Positions 24,283 to 31,307 of a stretch of 32,000 nt of DNA are shown here, in pieces. The translations under genes were made by a program, and so were the position numbers. The DNA lies in the NCBI RefSeq assembly GCF_000007985.2, contig NC_002939.5, forward strand, positions 2,820,001 through 2,852,000, written 5' to 3'. This DNA is from Geobacter sulfurreducens PCA (lineage in GTDB: Bacteria; Desulfobacterota; Desulfuromonadia; Geobacterales; Geobacteraceae). Position 1 is the stretch's first letter, and every line of letters starts with the position of its first letter. The notes below the pieces were generated by a model. The model made no database searches. It was not told where the DNA came from and saw only the letters and a program-made list of their open reading frames with translations.

Positions 24283-25446
24283 TTAGTACTTCGGATAGAA
24301 GCGGAGCACGAACTGGTTCGGGGTCGGCCAGGAGGCGTTCAGCTTGTTGACCGTGATGTAGTAGTTGACGCCCAGGTTGGCCAGGTCTTCGATGGGGCCG
24401 GTCAGGTACAGCCGGTTGGACTGCCAGGACGCCAGCACGTCGGCCGGAACCGGCTTCTTGATGCCGTCCGAGGGATAGGGAAGGCCGTTGGCGTCCAGGC
24501 CGGCCTGGCTGCGGTAGGTCACCCAGGTCCCTTCGCAGTAACCCGTTTCCGCGACCGGATCGGTTACCACGAAGTTGCCGTCGCAGTTGGCCATCAGCAG
24601 GTTGTCGGTGTTGATGTTGTCGTCGTTGTCATAGTAGTAGGCCCAGGGCACGCTGGACAGGTTGTTCCAGTCGCCGAACAGCGCATAGTAGTTGGAGGAG
24701 ATCAAGCCGGTGTCGAGCCCGTCTTCCGTGGCGTTGAGCAGGTAGCTGAAGCGATACTTCGGATCGAAGTAACCGGTGCTCGGATGATTGGCGTCGGCGG
24801 GCCCGGCCAGCCCCTGGGCGAACAGGGCCGACAGGACTTCGGCGGACTGAACGGCGGACGAGGTGGTGGTGAAGAATCTCCCTTTCTTGTCGGTGAAGCC
24901 GAGGCCGTCACCGGCCTTGGACTTGGTGAACACGCCGTTCACCATGAAGCCCAGCTCGGCCCGGAAGCCTTTCCACTTCTTCACGTCGCCGTCGGTCAGC
25001 TTCTGCATGGAGTTGTAGATGCTGGTATAGGTGTCGGTCGCCACCTTGAAATACACGTCGATGGGCTGGCCGTTGGTCCCCTTCACTTTCCAGCGCTTGC
25101 TGGACTGGAGCGGGTCCGAGCACATCTTGTCGGAGAAGTCGTAGGGGTTGTAGCCGGTGGTCATGATGCACTTGAGACCGGTCACGTCGTCCTTGTTGAC
25201 GACCTTCATGCCGGGCGCCTTGACGTCGGTCTCTTTCCAGGTGATCACGCCGTTCGTGGTAGTCTTGGCCGGGCTGGTGAAGAGGGTGCTGGTGTAGGTC
25301 ACATACTCGGTATAGGGGGCAGGCGCCACCGTCACGTTGCTCATGTCCCACCCGGTGATGGTGCCGGCCCAGGCGGCCGAAGCGGCAACAGACAACGATA
25401 CTCCCAGCAGTGCGGACAGCTTCTTTGCAGTTTTGCTTCTCGACAT
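24283..25446 (-). CDS. secreted protein of unknown function (387 aa)
   Basis: ATG at 25446 after AAGGAG. Sec signal peptide [29 protein letters not shown]. Thr/Asn/Tyr-rich mature part with no motif I recognise. The tracked 30-aa N-terminal extension lacks an RBS. Confidence 0.8.
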   Translation of the reverse strand: MSRSKTAKKLSALLGVSLSVAASAAWAGTITGWDMSNVTVAPAPYTEYVTYTSTLFTSPAKTTTNGVITWKETDVKAPGMKVVNKDDVTGLKCIMTTGYNPYDFSDKMCSDPLQSSKRWKVKGTNGQPIDVYFKVATDTYTSIYNSMQKLTDGDVKKWKGFRAELGFMVNGVFTKSKAGDGLGFTDKKGRFFTTTSSAVQSAEVLSALFAQGLAGPADANHPSTGYFDPKYRFSYLLNATEDGLDTGLISSNYYALFGDWNNLSSVPWAYYYDNDDNINTDNLLMANCDGNFVVTDPVAETGYCEGTWVTYRSQAGLDANGLPYPSDGIKKPVPADVLASWQSNRLYLTGPIEDLANLGVNYYITVNKLNASWPTPNQFVLRFYPKY

Positions 25447-25663
25447 GATGTTCTCCTTTTCTTCGTGTGGTTGAGGTTGCTTCGTGCACTTCCTTGCGCG
25501 GGGGAAGCGAATATCGCGCCCCCCTGCTGCTTCCAATGAAAAACCCTTTCCAGCACCCTCCTTTCCGGTGTGCGACCGAATTCTCCAGTTCTGACAGGCG
25601 CCGGGCCGGGGCGCGACTCACGCTGCCCGGCGGCTGTAATCAGTGATCATGCTTGCACTGTTC

Positions 25664-25679
25664 AGCAATGGGCATACCA
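25664..25679 (-). promoter_or_regulatory. sigma-54 (-24/-12) promoter P2 for the secreted 387-aa protein gene
   Basis: The minus strand reads TGGTAT-GCCCA-TTGCT (GG-N10-GC). Predicted TSS is about 25653, giving a leader of roughly 205 nt. Confidence 0.55.
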
Positions 25680-25695
25680 ATCCGGCAACTATCTT

Positions 25696-25708
25696 CAACA
25701 TATTGATA
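25696..25708 (-). promoter_or_regulatory. IHF-like site upstream of P2
   Basis: The minus strand reads TATCAATATGTTG, a full match to WATCAANNNNTTR, centred about -49 relative to P2. Confidence 0.45.
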
Positions 25709-25754
25709 TGTATTGATTTTTTGAAAATTAACGGAAAATCCGGGCCTGAACCCG

Positions 25755-25770
25755 GGCAACCATGGTTGCC
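25755..25770. promoter_or_regulatory. perfect 16-bp palindrome GGCAACCATGGTTGCC (candidate enhancer/UAS for P2)
   Basis: Self-complementary 16-mer centred about -110 from the predicted P2 start site. Confidence 0.45.
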
Positions 25771-25950
25771 TCGATCTCAGGTTGTCCTGCCGATGGAGCC
25801 GTAACGGGGACAGTGGTGGAGGATGCTGCGCCGGCCAGGCATCATGCGGGCGCAATTCATATAACATCTTGTAGTTACTGGAAAAACACTAGGGGTGTGC
25901 CACATGTGCCATCCGACACGCACGCGACACGAAAAGGAACGCAACGGATA

Positions 25951-25989
25951 CCCGCAACCAGGGTTGCAGGGTGCAACCAGGGTTGCGGG
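25951..25989. repeat. two tandem copies of GCAACC-AG-GGTTGC nested in a 39-nt composite palindrome
   Basis: GCAACCAGGGTTGC occurs at 25954-25967 and 25973-25986 (19-nt period). Outer arms CCCGCAACC/GGTTGCGGG and inner arms GGTTGCA/TGCAACC. Lies 20-58 nt downstream of the isochorismatase-family stop. Confidence 0.6.
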
Positions 25990-26008
25990 GGTTTGTGCGG
26001 AGGGTTCG

Positions 26009-26641
26009 CTACTTCGTGCCCATCAGCGCAAAATAGCTGGTCATCAGGTTCCGGTAGTTCGGAATGTGGTTGGAAAACAGCCTGCCCAGGCCTTCGATGT
26101 CGTTGCGCCAATCACGGTGCAGTTCGCAGGCCATGCCGAACCAGTTCATCAGCTGCACGCCCGCGGCCTGCATCCGCAGCCATGCCGTGTGGCGGGTCAC
26201 CTCGTTGAAGGTGCCCGAGGCGTCGGTAATCACGAAGACCTCGTACCCTTCCTCAACGGCGGACAGGGCGGGGAATGCCACGCAGACCTCGGTGACCACG
26301 CCGGCGATGATCAGTTGCCGGCGCCCGGTCTTTTTCACGGCGGCCACGAACTCCTCGTTGTCCCAGGCATTGATGTTGCCGGGGCGGGCGATGTAGGGCG
26401 CGTCCGGGAACATCTCCTTCAGCTCGGGCACGAGCGGCCCGTTGGGGCCGTTTTCGAAGCTGGTGGTGAGGATGGTCGGCAGGTTGAAGTATTTGCCGCA
26501 GGCAGCGATGGCCAGCACGTTATTCTTGAACTCGCCGGGCGAAAAATCCTGGACCAGCGAGATGAGCCCCGCCTGGTGGTCCACCAGCAACAGCGCGGCA
26601 TCGTCTTTGGAAAGACGGGTGTACTTGTATGGTGCGTTCAT
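26009..26641 (-). CDS. isochorismatase-family hydrolase (YcaC-like)
   Basis: ALLLVDHQAG, IIAGVVTEVCVAFPALSAVEEGYEVFVITDASG (catalytic Cys context). GGAAAGGAGA RBS. Confidence 0.85.
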   Translation of the reverse strand: MNAPYKYTRLSKDDAALLLVDHQAGLISLVQDFSPGEFKNNVLAIAACGKYFNLPTILTTSFENGPNGPLVPELKEMFPDAPYIARPGNINAWDNEEFVAAVKKTGRRQLIIAGVVTEVCVAFPALSAVEEGYEVFVITDASGTFNEVTRHTAWLRMQAAGVQLMNWFGMACELHRDWRNDIEGLGRLFSNHIPNYRNLMTSYFALMGTK

Positions 26642-26711
26642 GATGGTCTCCTTTCCCGTGGTGAGTCAGGAGCGGTGAAGCGGATGGCGCTAACCGCCCC
26701 CACCTGCTTCA

Positions 26712-26720
26712 AGTATATCA
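26712..26720 (-). promoter_or_regulatory. extended -10 promoter element TGATATACT for the isochorismatase-family gene
   Basis: The minus strand reads TGaTATACT (consensus TGnTATAAT), 71-79 nt upstream of the ATG at 26641. Confidence 0.35.
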
Positions 26721-26779
26721 CCGGGCCGATGCGACGCTCCCGGCCCAAATCATACGGCAGGGGCCGGATCGCCTCCTTG

Positions 26780-28273
26780 TCAGCTCCCCCCGTCGGATGC
26801 CGGTCCGCAGACCTCGTCCACCAGCGCCGGGTCGATGGCCACGGGGCGCGGCTGCCAGGTGGAATCGAGCCGTTGCATGCCGCCGACGAATTCAGCCGAG
26901 CCCATCAGCAGGTACCCGGCCGCGGCGCGGAGCAGGTCCACGGTCTTGGCCGGCAGTGCGAACGACGTGGGCAGCGCCTGCAGGCAGAGGCGCAGGCGCG
27001 GGTCAGGGATATCGTCGAAGGTCAGCTCGGCAAAGGTGAACTCGGTCACGATCGGGTTCGGGATCGGCGGGGCCGACGGGCACTCCTGCCCCAGCCGCCG
27101 GTTGCAGGAATCCACCGTCCGGGCCAGCTGGCGCATCTGCTGGAAATGGCCGTCTATCATCTCCACGCTGTCAAAGGAGACGTCGTCCATGGGGCCGTTC
27201 AGGGCCACGTCGAGGACGGCGTCGATCCCCGGCGGCGCGCTCCTGGCGTCCCAGCTCCGCTGCTTGGTCGTCTTGGCATTGGCCGCAATCACCATCAGCC
27301 GCCCCAGCCGGTTCAGGTTGGCGTAGCGGAGGATGCTCCACGCGCTGTCGGTGGTGGTCACCGCCTGGAACGGCCCCCTGAGCCCCAGGTTGTCCGACAG
27401 GCCGCCGTCCAGGAGGTGGGCGTAGAGCCGGTCGGGCTCGCGGTACGACCTGCCGGCCTCGGCGTCGGCCACGCGGCGCTTCGGGTTGCTCTCCCGGTCC
27501 AGGCCCAGCCCGATCCATTCGGGAAGTGGGCCGCACGGCTCCTTGTGGATGGTCAGGGTGAGCGGGGCAAAGGCCACCGGGAAATTGGACGAGGCGGCCA
27601 CGGCCCGGGCGACCGAGACCCCGGCCAGGTCCGAGCAGAGCAGGTCGAACTGGTCCTGGGTGAACTCGAACCGGTGGGCGATGCTGATGTCCGTGGCGTT
27701 CAGCACCAGGAAGGGCGCCCTCTTCCCGGGCGCGGCGACCAGGTCGGCAAAGGTCTTGCCCCCGAAGACCGTGTCGTTGTAGTACTCCTCCGCCATGTCG
27801 ATCCGGCTGAAATCCGGCGAGGCCAGGCGCCACCAGTTGTAGGGGTTGAACAGGCGCCGCACGAGCCCGCCTTGGATGTCGCGGTAGAGGAACGTACCCG
27901 GAAAATCGTCGAAGAACCGGTCCGGGTAGAGCGCGTAGTAGGCCGAGGTGAAGCTCCCGCCGGAAACCGACGAGATGATCTCCACGTCGTCCAGGAGCCG
28001 GTGCCTGGCCCCGTCCCGACCGGCGTACTCGACCCTGTTCAGCTCCTCCATGAGGCCGAAGGAAAAGGCTGCCGCACGGGTACCGCCGCCCGAGAACGCC
28101 AGCAGAACAAAGGGCTTGTCCGCCGTGGGCCGGGGCCTGACCACGCTGTAGCGGTAGCCCGCTTCCGTTGAAACGGCCGCCAGCCGGGGATTCTCCGGGT
28201 AGTGGGCGCAGCCCCCCGCCACGAGCGCCGCGCCGGCCAGGAACAGCCTCAGCCCTCTGCCCGTCACACGCAT
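26780..28273 (-). CDS. patatin/cPLA2-like phospholipase, probable lipoprotein
   Basis: ATG at 28273 gives MRVTGRGLRLFLAGAALVAGGC (signal peptide plus lipobox-like Cys). Oxyanion FSGGGTRAAAFSFG, nucleophile elbow SVSGGS, and catalytic Asp in LLDGGLSDNLG. Confidence 0.85.
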   Translation of the reverse strand: MRVTGRGLRLFLAGAALVAGGCAHYPENPRLAAVSTEAGYRYSVVRPRPTADKPFVLLAFSGGGTRAAAFSFGLMEELNRVEYAGRDGARHRLLDDVEIISSVSGGSFTSAYYALYPDRFFDDFPGTFLYRDIQGGLVRRLFNPYNWWRLASPDFSRIDMAEEYYNDTVFGGKTFADLVAAPGKRAPFLVLNATDISIAHRFEFTQDQFDLLCSDLAGVSVARAVAASSNFPVAFAPLTLTIHKEPCGPLPEWIGLGLDRESNPKRRVADAEAGRSYREPDRLYAHLLDGGLSDNLGLRGPFQAVTTTDSAWSILRYANLNRLGRLMVIAANAKTTKQRSWDARSAPPGIDAVLDVALNGPMDDVSFDSVEMIDGHFQQMRQLARTVDSCNRRLGQECPSAPPIPNPIVTEFTFAELTFDDIPDPRLRLCLQALPTSFALPAKTVDLLRAAAGYLLMGSAEFVGGMQRLDSTWQPRPVAIDPALVDEVCGPASDGGS

Positions 28274-28500
28274 TGGAACGCCACCTCCTGGGGCGCCACC
28301 GGGTCGGTGTCTTTGATTACCACGGTCCTCTTGAGCGGGACGCAGGTCTTGCCCGCAGGGCAGCGGAGCGCCACGGTATGGCGGCCCGGGTTGCACTGCT
28401 TGGCCTGCAGCACCCCCGCGTCATCCTTGTTGGGGCCCTGGTCAACGCCGTCGAGGATCACGGTGCCGGTTTCGGGGCAGGGGCAGACGAAGAACTCCAT
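28264..28500 (-). CDS. small Cys-rich protein (78 aa), PEGA-like beta pattern, no signal peptide
   Basis: ATG at 28500 lies 6 nt after AAGGAG. Six Cys in 78 aa. The 3' end overlaps the patatin start by 10 nt. Confidence 0.5.
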   Translation of the reverse strand: MEFFVCPCPETGTVILDGVDQGPNKDDAGVLQAKQCNPGRHTVALRCPAGKTCVPLKRTVVIKDTDPVAPQEVAFQCV

Positions 28501-28693
28501 GGGCATCTCCTTTTGTGTTGCGGGAAACGGGCGGTAGAGGCGGTCGCTGCCGAACGGCGGGGTGTGCCCCGGCCGTTCCGGCGAGCCCTTGTCTTCGTTT
28601 GGTATCGGGAGGATGGGGAAGATACCGGCCCGATGCAGCCGGGATCATCACGGCGAACTCGCTGTTCTCCCCTCTGCACCCAACTCATGGCGC

Positions 28694-30442
28694 CTACTTG
28701 ATTGCAAGTCTCTCCACGGTCAGTGAGCCGCTCCGGATGGAAAGGCTCCCCTGCAGGGTTGTCCAGGCGTCCAGGGGCAGATACCAGGCGTCGCGGCCGC
28801 CGAGGAGCGTAACGGCCTTGCTGTTGCCCAAGGTGAAGTCCTCCGCAAAGGTCACGGCCCGGCCGTATATGGTGTCTACCGGTCCGGACGTGGCGTAGGC
28901 CTCGGTGAGCGAGTCGCATCGGTAACCGCTGGAATTCACTTTTGCCATGGGAGAATAGGAAAACGTGACGGTGAGGTTCCGGTCGCTGCTCATTACCACC
29001 TGGCAGCTCTGGTTTGTGCCGCAGCCGGCCGCAGTCCATGTCGCCCATGTGGAGTCGGAGTCGGGGGTCTGGTAGAGGTTGACGGTGGTCCCTGAGGAGA
29101 AATCCGCCTGACAGGTACCACTCATTCCGGAAGGACTCGATCCGTGGCCGGCGCAGGCTATGCCATTGTCGCCGTGGACGGAGCCGCCGCCCTTGTCCGG
29201 CGTGTCGCTCACCACCGTCATGCTGAGATGGTAGACAGACGGCGTGGCAATCCCCATGCTGCTCACATAGTAGGTTACCCCGTCGACTGAGGTGGAATTA
29301 TTGTAATAGGCCGCGCTTCGTTCCGGATCGATATCGAGTCCGGTGGCGGAATCCATGGCCGAAAACTGGGTCAGGTAACCGTTGTTGTCGAACCAGAGCT
29401 TGGGAAAGTAAAGGCTCGCCGGCTGCTGGGTGGCCGTAAAGGTGTAGGGACTCGTGGCAGTCCGGGTCATGGGGACATCAAAAACATTTATGGCCGTAGC
29501 CTGCAACGCCCCTGCCGGTACCCACCACCAGAGATACTGCCCATAGGGTGCCCACTGGTCAGGCGGGTAAGCGGCTGCCTGTGACATGGCTATGTGCCGC
29601 AGAATGGGGACGCTGCCGAAAAAACAGAAGTTCTCATAGGGCGGCAGAGCAGACCCCTTGTTCCCGCTGTAAGACATGGAGACCCACATCTGCACGGTCG
29701 AACCGTATCGCGACTCCACCGAGGACTGGAAGAAGAGATATCCGCTCCTGGTATCGGGCCAGGGCATCATCTGCTGCTCCAGGACCGACGACTTGAACCC
29801 GGTATGGGGCCCGTTGTCCTCGGCAAAGGCCAGCTGCGTGGCAAAATCGTAGTTGATCTCGCTCAGGAGGAAGAACACCGTCACCAGCCCGTTGGACGTT
29901 TCGTAGAGCAGCATCAGGCCGGTATCGGCGTCAAAGTAGGCAATGCCGGTACTGTACTGATTGATGTAATAGACGATCTTCACCACGTCCCGTTGGGCTT
30001 TGAGATCGAACAATGTCTTTATCGGGAGAAGGAGGTACGGAAAAGAGAATTGAGCCTTAAGGGTAGCGTAGGTATGGGATTCCCGCAGCACGGTGGCGAT
30101 CACCTGGCCTTTCCAGGTATCGCCGCTCTGCAGGGTCTGGAGCCTCTGCGGGTGGATCCAGCACGGCCCCATGTCTAGGGCGGAATAGGTGCCGATATCT
30201 ACCGGATTGGTGGTCCCCCAATGATTCAGCCCCGAATGCTTGGTCACCTGCACATCAGTGCCGTTGACGTTGCTGAGCAGATACGCCTCTTCGGCATCCG
30301 ACGCCGTTGTGCTGCCAACAGCCCCGAAATACCAGACACGCACCCCTTTCTGCATCCATCCGACATCAATGGCCCACACGCCGGCCCCATCCACACCCAA
30401 CAACAGGACCAGCACCAGACAGGAAATCGCTATCTTTTTCAT
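28694..30442 (-). CDS. secreted protein of unknown function (582 aa) with C-terminal InlB-B-repeat-like domain
   Basis: Signal peptide MKKIAISCLVLVLLLGVDGAGVWA. Trp/Tyr-rich N-terminal region of about 400 aa with no recognised motif. The C-terminal part (GGGSVHGDNGIACAGHG...CQADFSSGTTVNLYQTPDSDSTWATWTAAGCGTNQSCQVVMSSDRNLTVTF) matches the divergent InlB B-repeat pattern. GGAGG RBS. Confidence 0.8.
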   Translation of the reverse strand: MKKIAISCLVLVLLLGVDGAGVWAIDVGWMQKGVRVWYFGAVGSTTASDAEEAYLLSNVNGTDVQVTKHSGLNHWGTTNPVDIGTYSALDMGPCWIHPQRLQTLQSGDTWKGQVIATVLRESHTYATLKAQFSFPYLLLPIKTLFDLKAQRDVVKIVYYINQYSTGIAYFDADTGLMLLYETSNGLVTVFFLLSEINYDFATQLAFAEDNGPHTGFKSSVLEQQMMPWPDTRSGYLFFQSSVESRYGSTVQMWVSMSYSGNKGSALPPYENFCFFGSVPILRHIAMSQAAAYPPDQWAPYGQYLWWWVPAGALQATAINVFDVPMTRTATSPYTFTATQQPASLYFPKLWFDNNGYLTQFSAMDSATGLDIDPERSAAYYNNSTSVDGVTYYVSSMGIATPSVYHLSMTVVSDTPDKGGGSVHGDNGIACAGHGSSPSGMSGTCQADFSSGTTVNLYQTPDSDSTWATWTAAGCGTNQSCQVVMSSDRNLTVTFSYSPMAKVNSSGYRCDSLTEAYATSGPVDTIYGRAVTFAEDFTLGNSKAVTLLGGRDAWYLPLDAWTTLQGSLSIRSGSLTVERLAIK

Positions 30443-30461
30443 ATCTCATACCTCCTTCTGC

Positions 30462-30522
30462 GGGAGGGATGGAGAGAGGAAGGTAACGGAGGGGGAGGGG
30501 AAGGTATTCAGAGGGACGGGAA
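30462..30522. repeat. about 60-nt polypurine (plus strand) / polypyrimidine (minus strand) tract in the leader of the 582-aa gene
   Basis: 53 of 61 bases are purines on the plus strand, with G-runs GGG, GGG, GGGGG, GGGG, GGG, GGG. The minus-strand RNA would carry multiple CCUCC/CCCUCC motifs. Confidence 0.7.
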
Positions 30523-30818
30523 TTTACATTTACTATGCATGAACTTTACCACCAGAAACCAGTTCGTCAATGGAATTACAGGGATTATTGGTGATTGTGA
30601 TGGGGGATTGGGGTGCTGCGGCGAGGATGAGATTCTGAGCTATTTGCGGGTTCTCCCCTGTCGCCGGGTTGGGTGCGCTCCGGAACATTCGCGCCACATA
30701 AAAAAGAGCGCCCCTCAGCCTTGTGCGAGCCATGAGTCGGGGGAATCCCCTCGCCACACCGTGCCAGCAACCAATTCGTCTCATATCCGTTTGACAATGG
30801 ATAGCCAACTATGTTTAA

Positions 30819-30834
30819 GTATAGCCGGCTATAC
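30819..30834. promoter_or_regulatory. perfect 16-bp palindrome GTATAGCCGGCTATAC (candidate MarR operator)
   Basis: Self-complementary. Lies between a TTGACA -35 box (30791-30796) and the marR RBS (30850-30855). A related half-site copy ATAGCCAACTAT is at 30801-30812. Confidence 0.55.
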
Positions 30835-30861
30835 AAAGAGGACATCACCAGGAGGCCCGGA

Positions 30862-31290
30862 ATGAATGATGACCTGTGCTACAAGCTGAACTACCTGGCC
30901 CGGCTGATTCTGTCCAAGGTGAATGAAAAAATAAAACCGCACGGAGTAACGCAGGGGCAACTTCCGGTTCTTTGCTGCCTGCATGACGCGGAAGGACAGA
31001 CTCAAGCCGAACTGTGCAAGAATATTCAGGTTGAGCAACCAACCATGGCCAATACGTTGCGACGCATGGAGCGGGACGGTCTGATCTTCCGGACCGCCAG
31101 CGACAAGGACAAACGGCAGTCACGGGTGTATATAACCGAGCGGACCCGCCCGACAGTCGAAGCCTTACAGGAGAAACGGGACGAGGTTGTCGCCGCGATG
31201 GTGCGGCACATGTCGCCAGAGGACCTGGCAACGTTCACCCGACTGCTCGATGTCGCTACAAAGGCCTTGGAGAACCCGGAAACAGAGTAA
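30862..31290 (+). CDS. MarR family transcriptional regulator
   Basis: ATG at 30862 lies 6 nt after AGGAGG. Winged-helix pattern (QGQLPVLCCLHDAEGQTQAELCKNIQVEQPTMANTLRRMERDGLIFRTASDKDKR). Confidence 0.85.
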   Translation: MNDDLCYKLNYLARLILSKVNEKIKPHGVTQGQLPVLCCLHDAEGQTQAELCKNIQVEQPTMANTLRRMERDGLIFRTASDKDKRQSRVYITERTRPTVEALQEKRDEVVAAMVRHMSPEDLATFTRLLDVATKALENPETE

Positions 31291-31307
31291 TCAACAGGAG
31301 AATCTCA

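Noticed and set aside
25618-25650. 10-codon upstream ORF (MITDYSRRAA) starting 3 nt after the predicted P2 transcription start.
   Set aside because: It has no RBS, it is very short, and its existence depends entirely on an unverified start-site prediction. It is too speculative to call.
25447-25663. Looked for a GEMM-type cyclic-dinucleotide riboswitch or another known riboswitch in the long leader of the secreted-protein gene. Also looked in the 30443-30535 leader and upstream of cysE.
   Set aside because: I could not find the conserved GEMM core (the paired hairpins with the ACGCAAAGC-like segment) or any other riboswitch signature by eye. A covariance-model scan would be needed to exclude one formally.
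25885-25915. Tandem TGTGCCA-CA-TGTGCCA, whose reverse complement contains two TGGCAC hexamers that look like sigma-54 -24 boxes. Other TGGCAC/GTGCCA hits occur at 20-25, 3465-3470, 8687-8692 and 30761-30766.
   Set aside because: None has a GC dinucleotide at the required N10 distance with a TGC context. Several lie inside coding sequence.
26740-26767. 7-bp GC hairpin CCGGCCC-(14 nt)-GGGCCGG just after the patatin stop, considered as a terminator.
   Set aside because: No T-tract follows it on the minus strand, and the stem is short. It may be structural, but it is not a convincing intrinsic terminator.
25895-28171. 758-aa plus-strand ORF, the longest ORF in this region.
   Set aside because: It is antisense to the isochorismatase-family and patatin genes. 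The translation is Arg/Gly/Pro/His/Val-rich low-complexity sequence with no motifs and no RBS. This is typical of shadow ORFs in high-GC DNA, and the opposite-strand genes carry clear catalytic motifs.
30533-30848. ORFs of 91 and 87 aa on the minus strand in the marR / 582-aa-gene intergenic region.
   Set aside because: They have no RBS and overlap each other and both divergent promoter regions. Their products are basic low-complexity sequence with no motifs.
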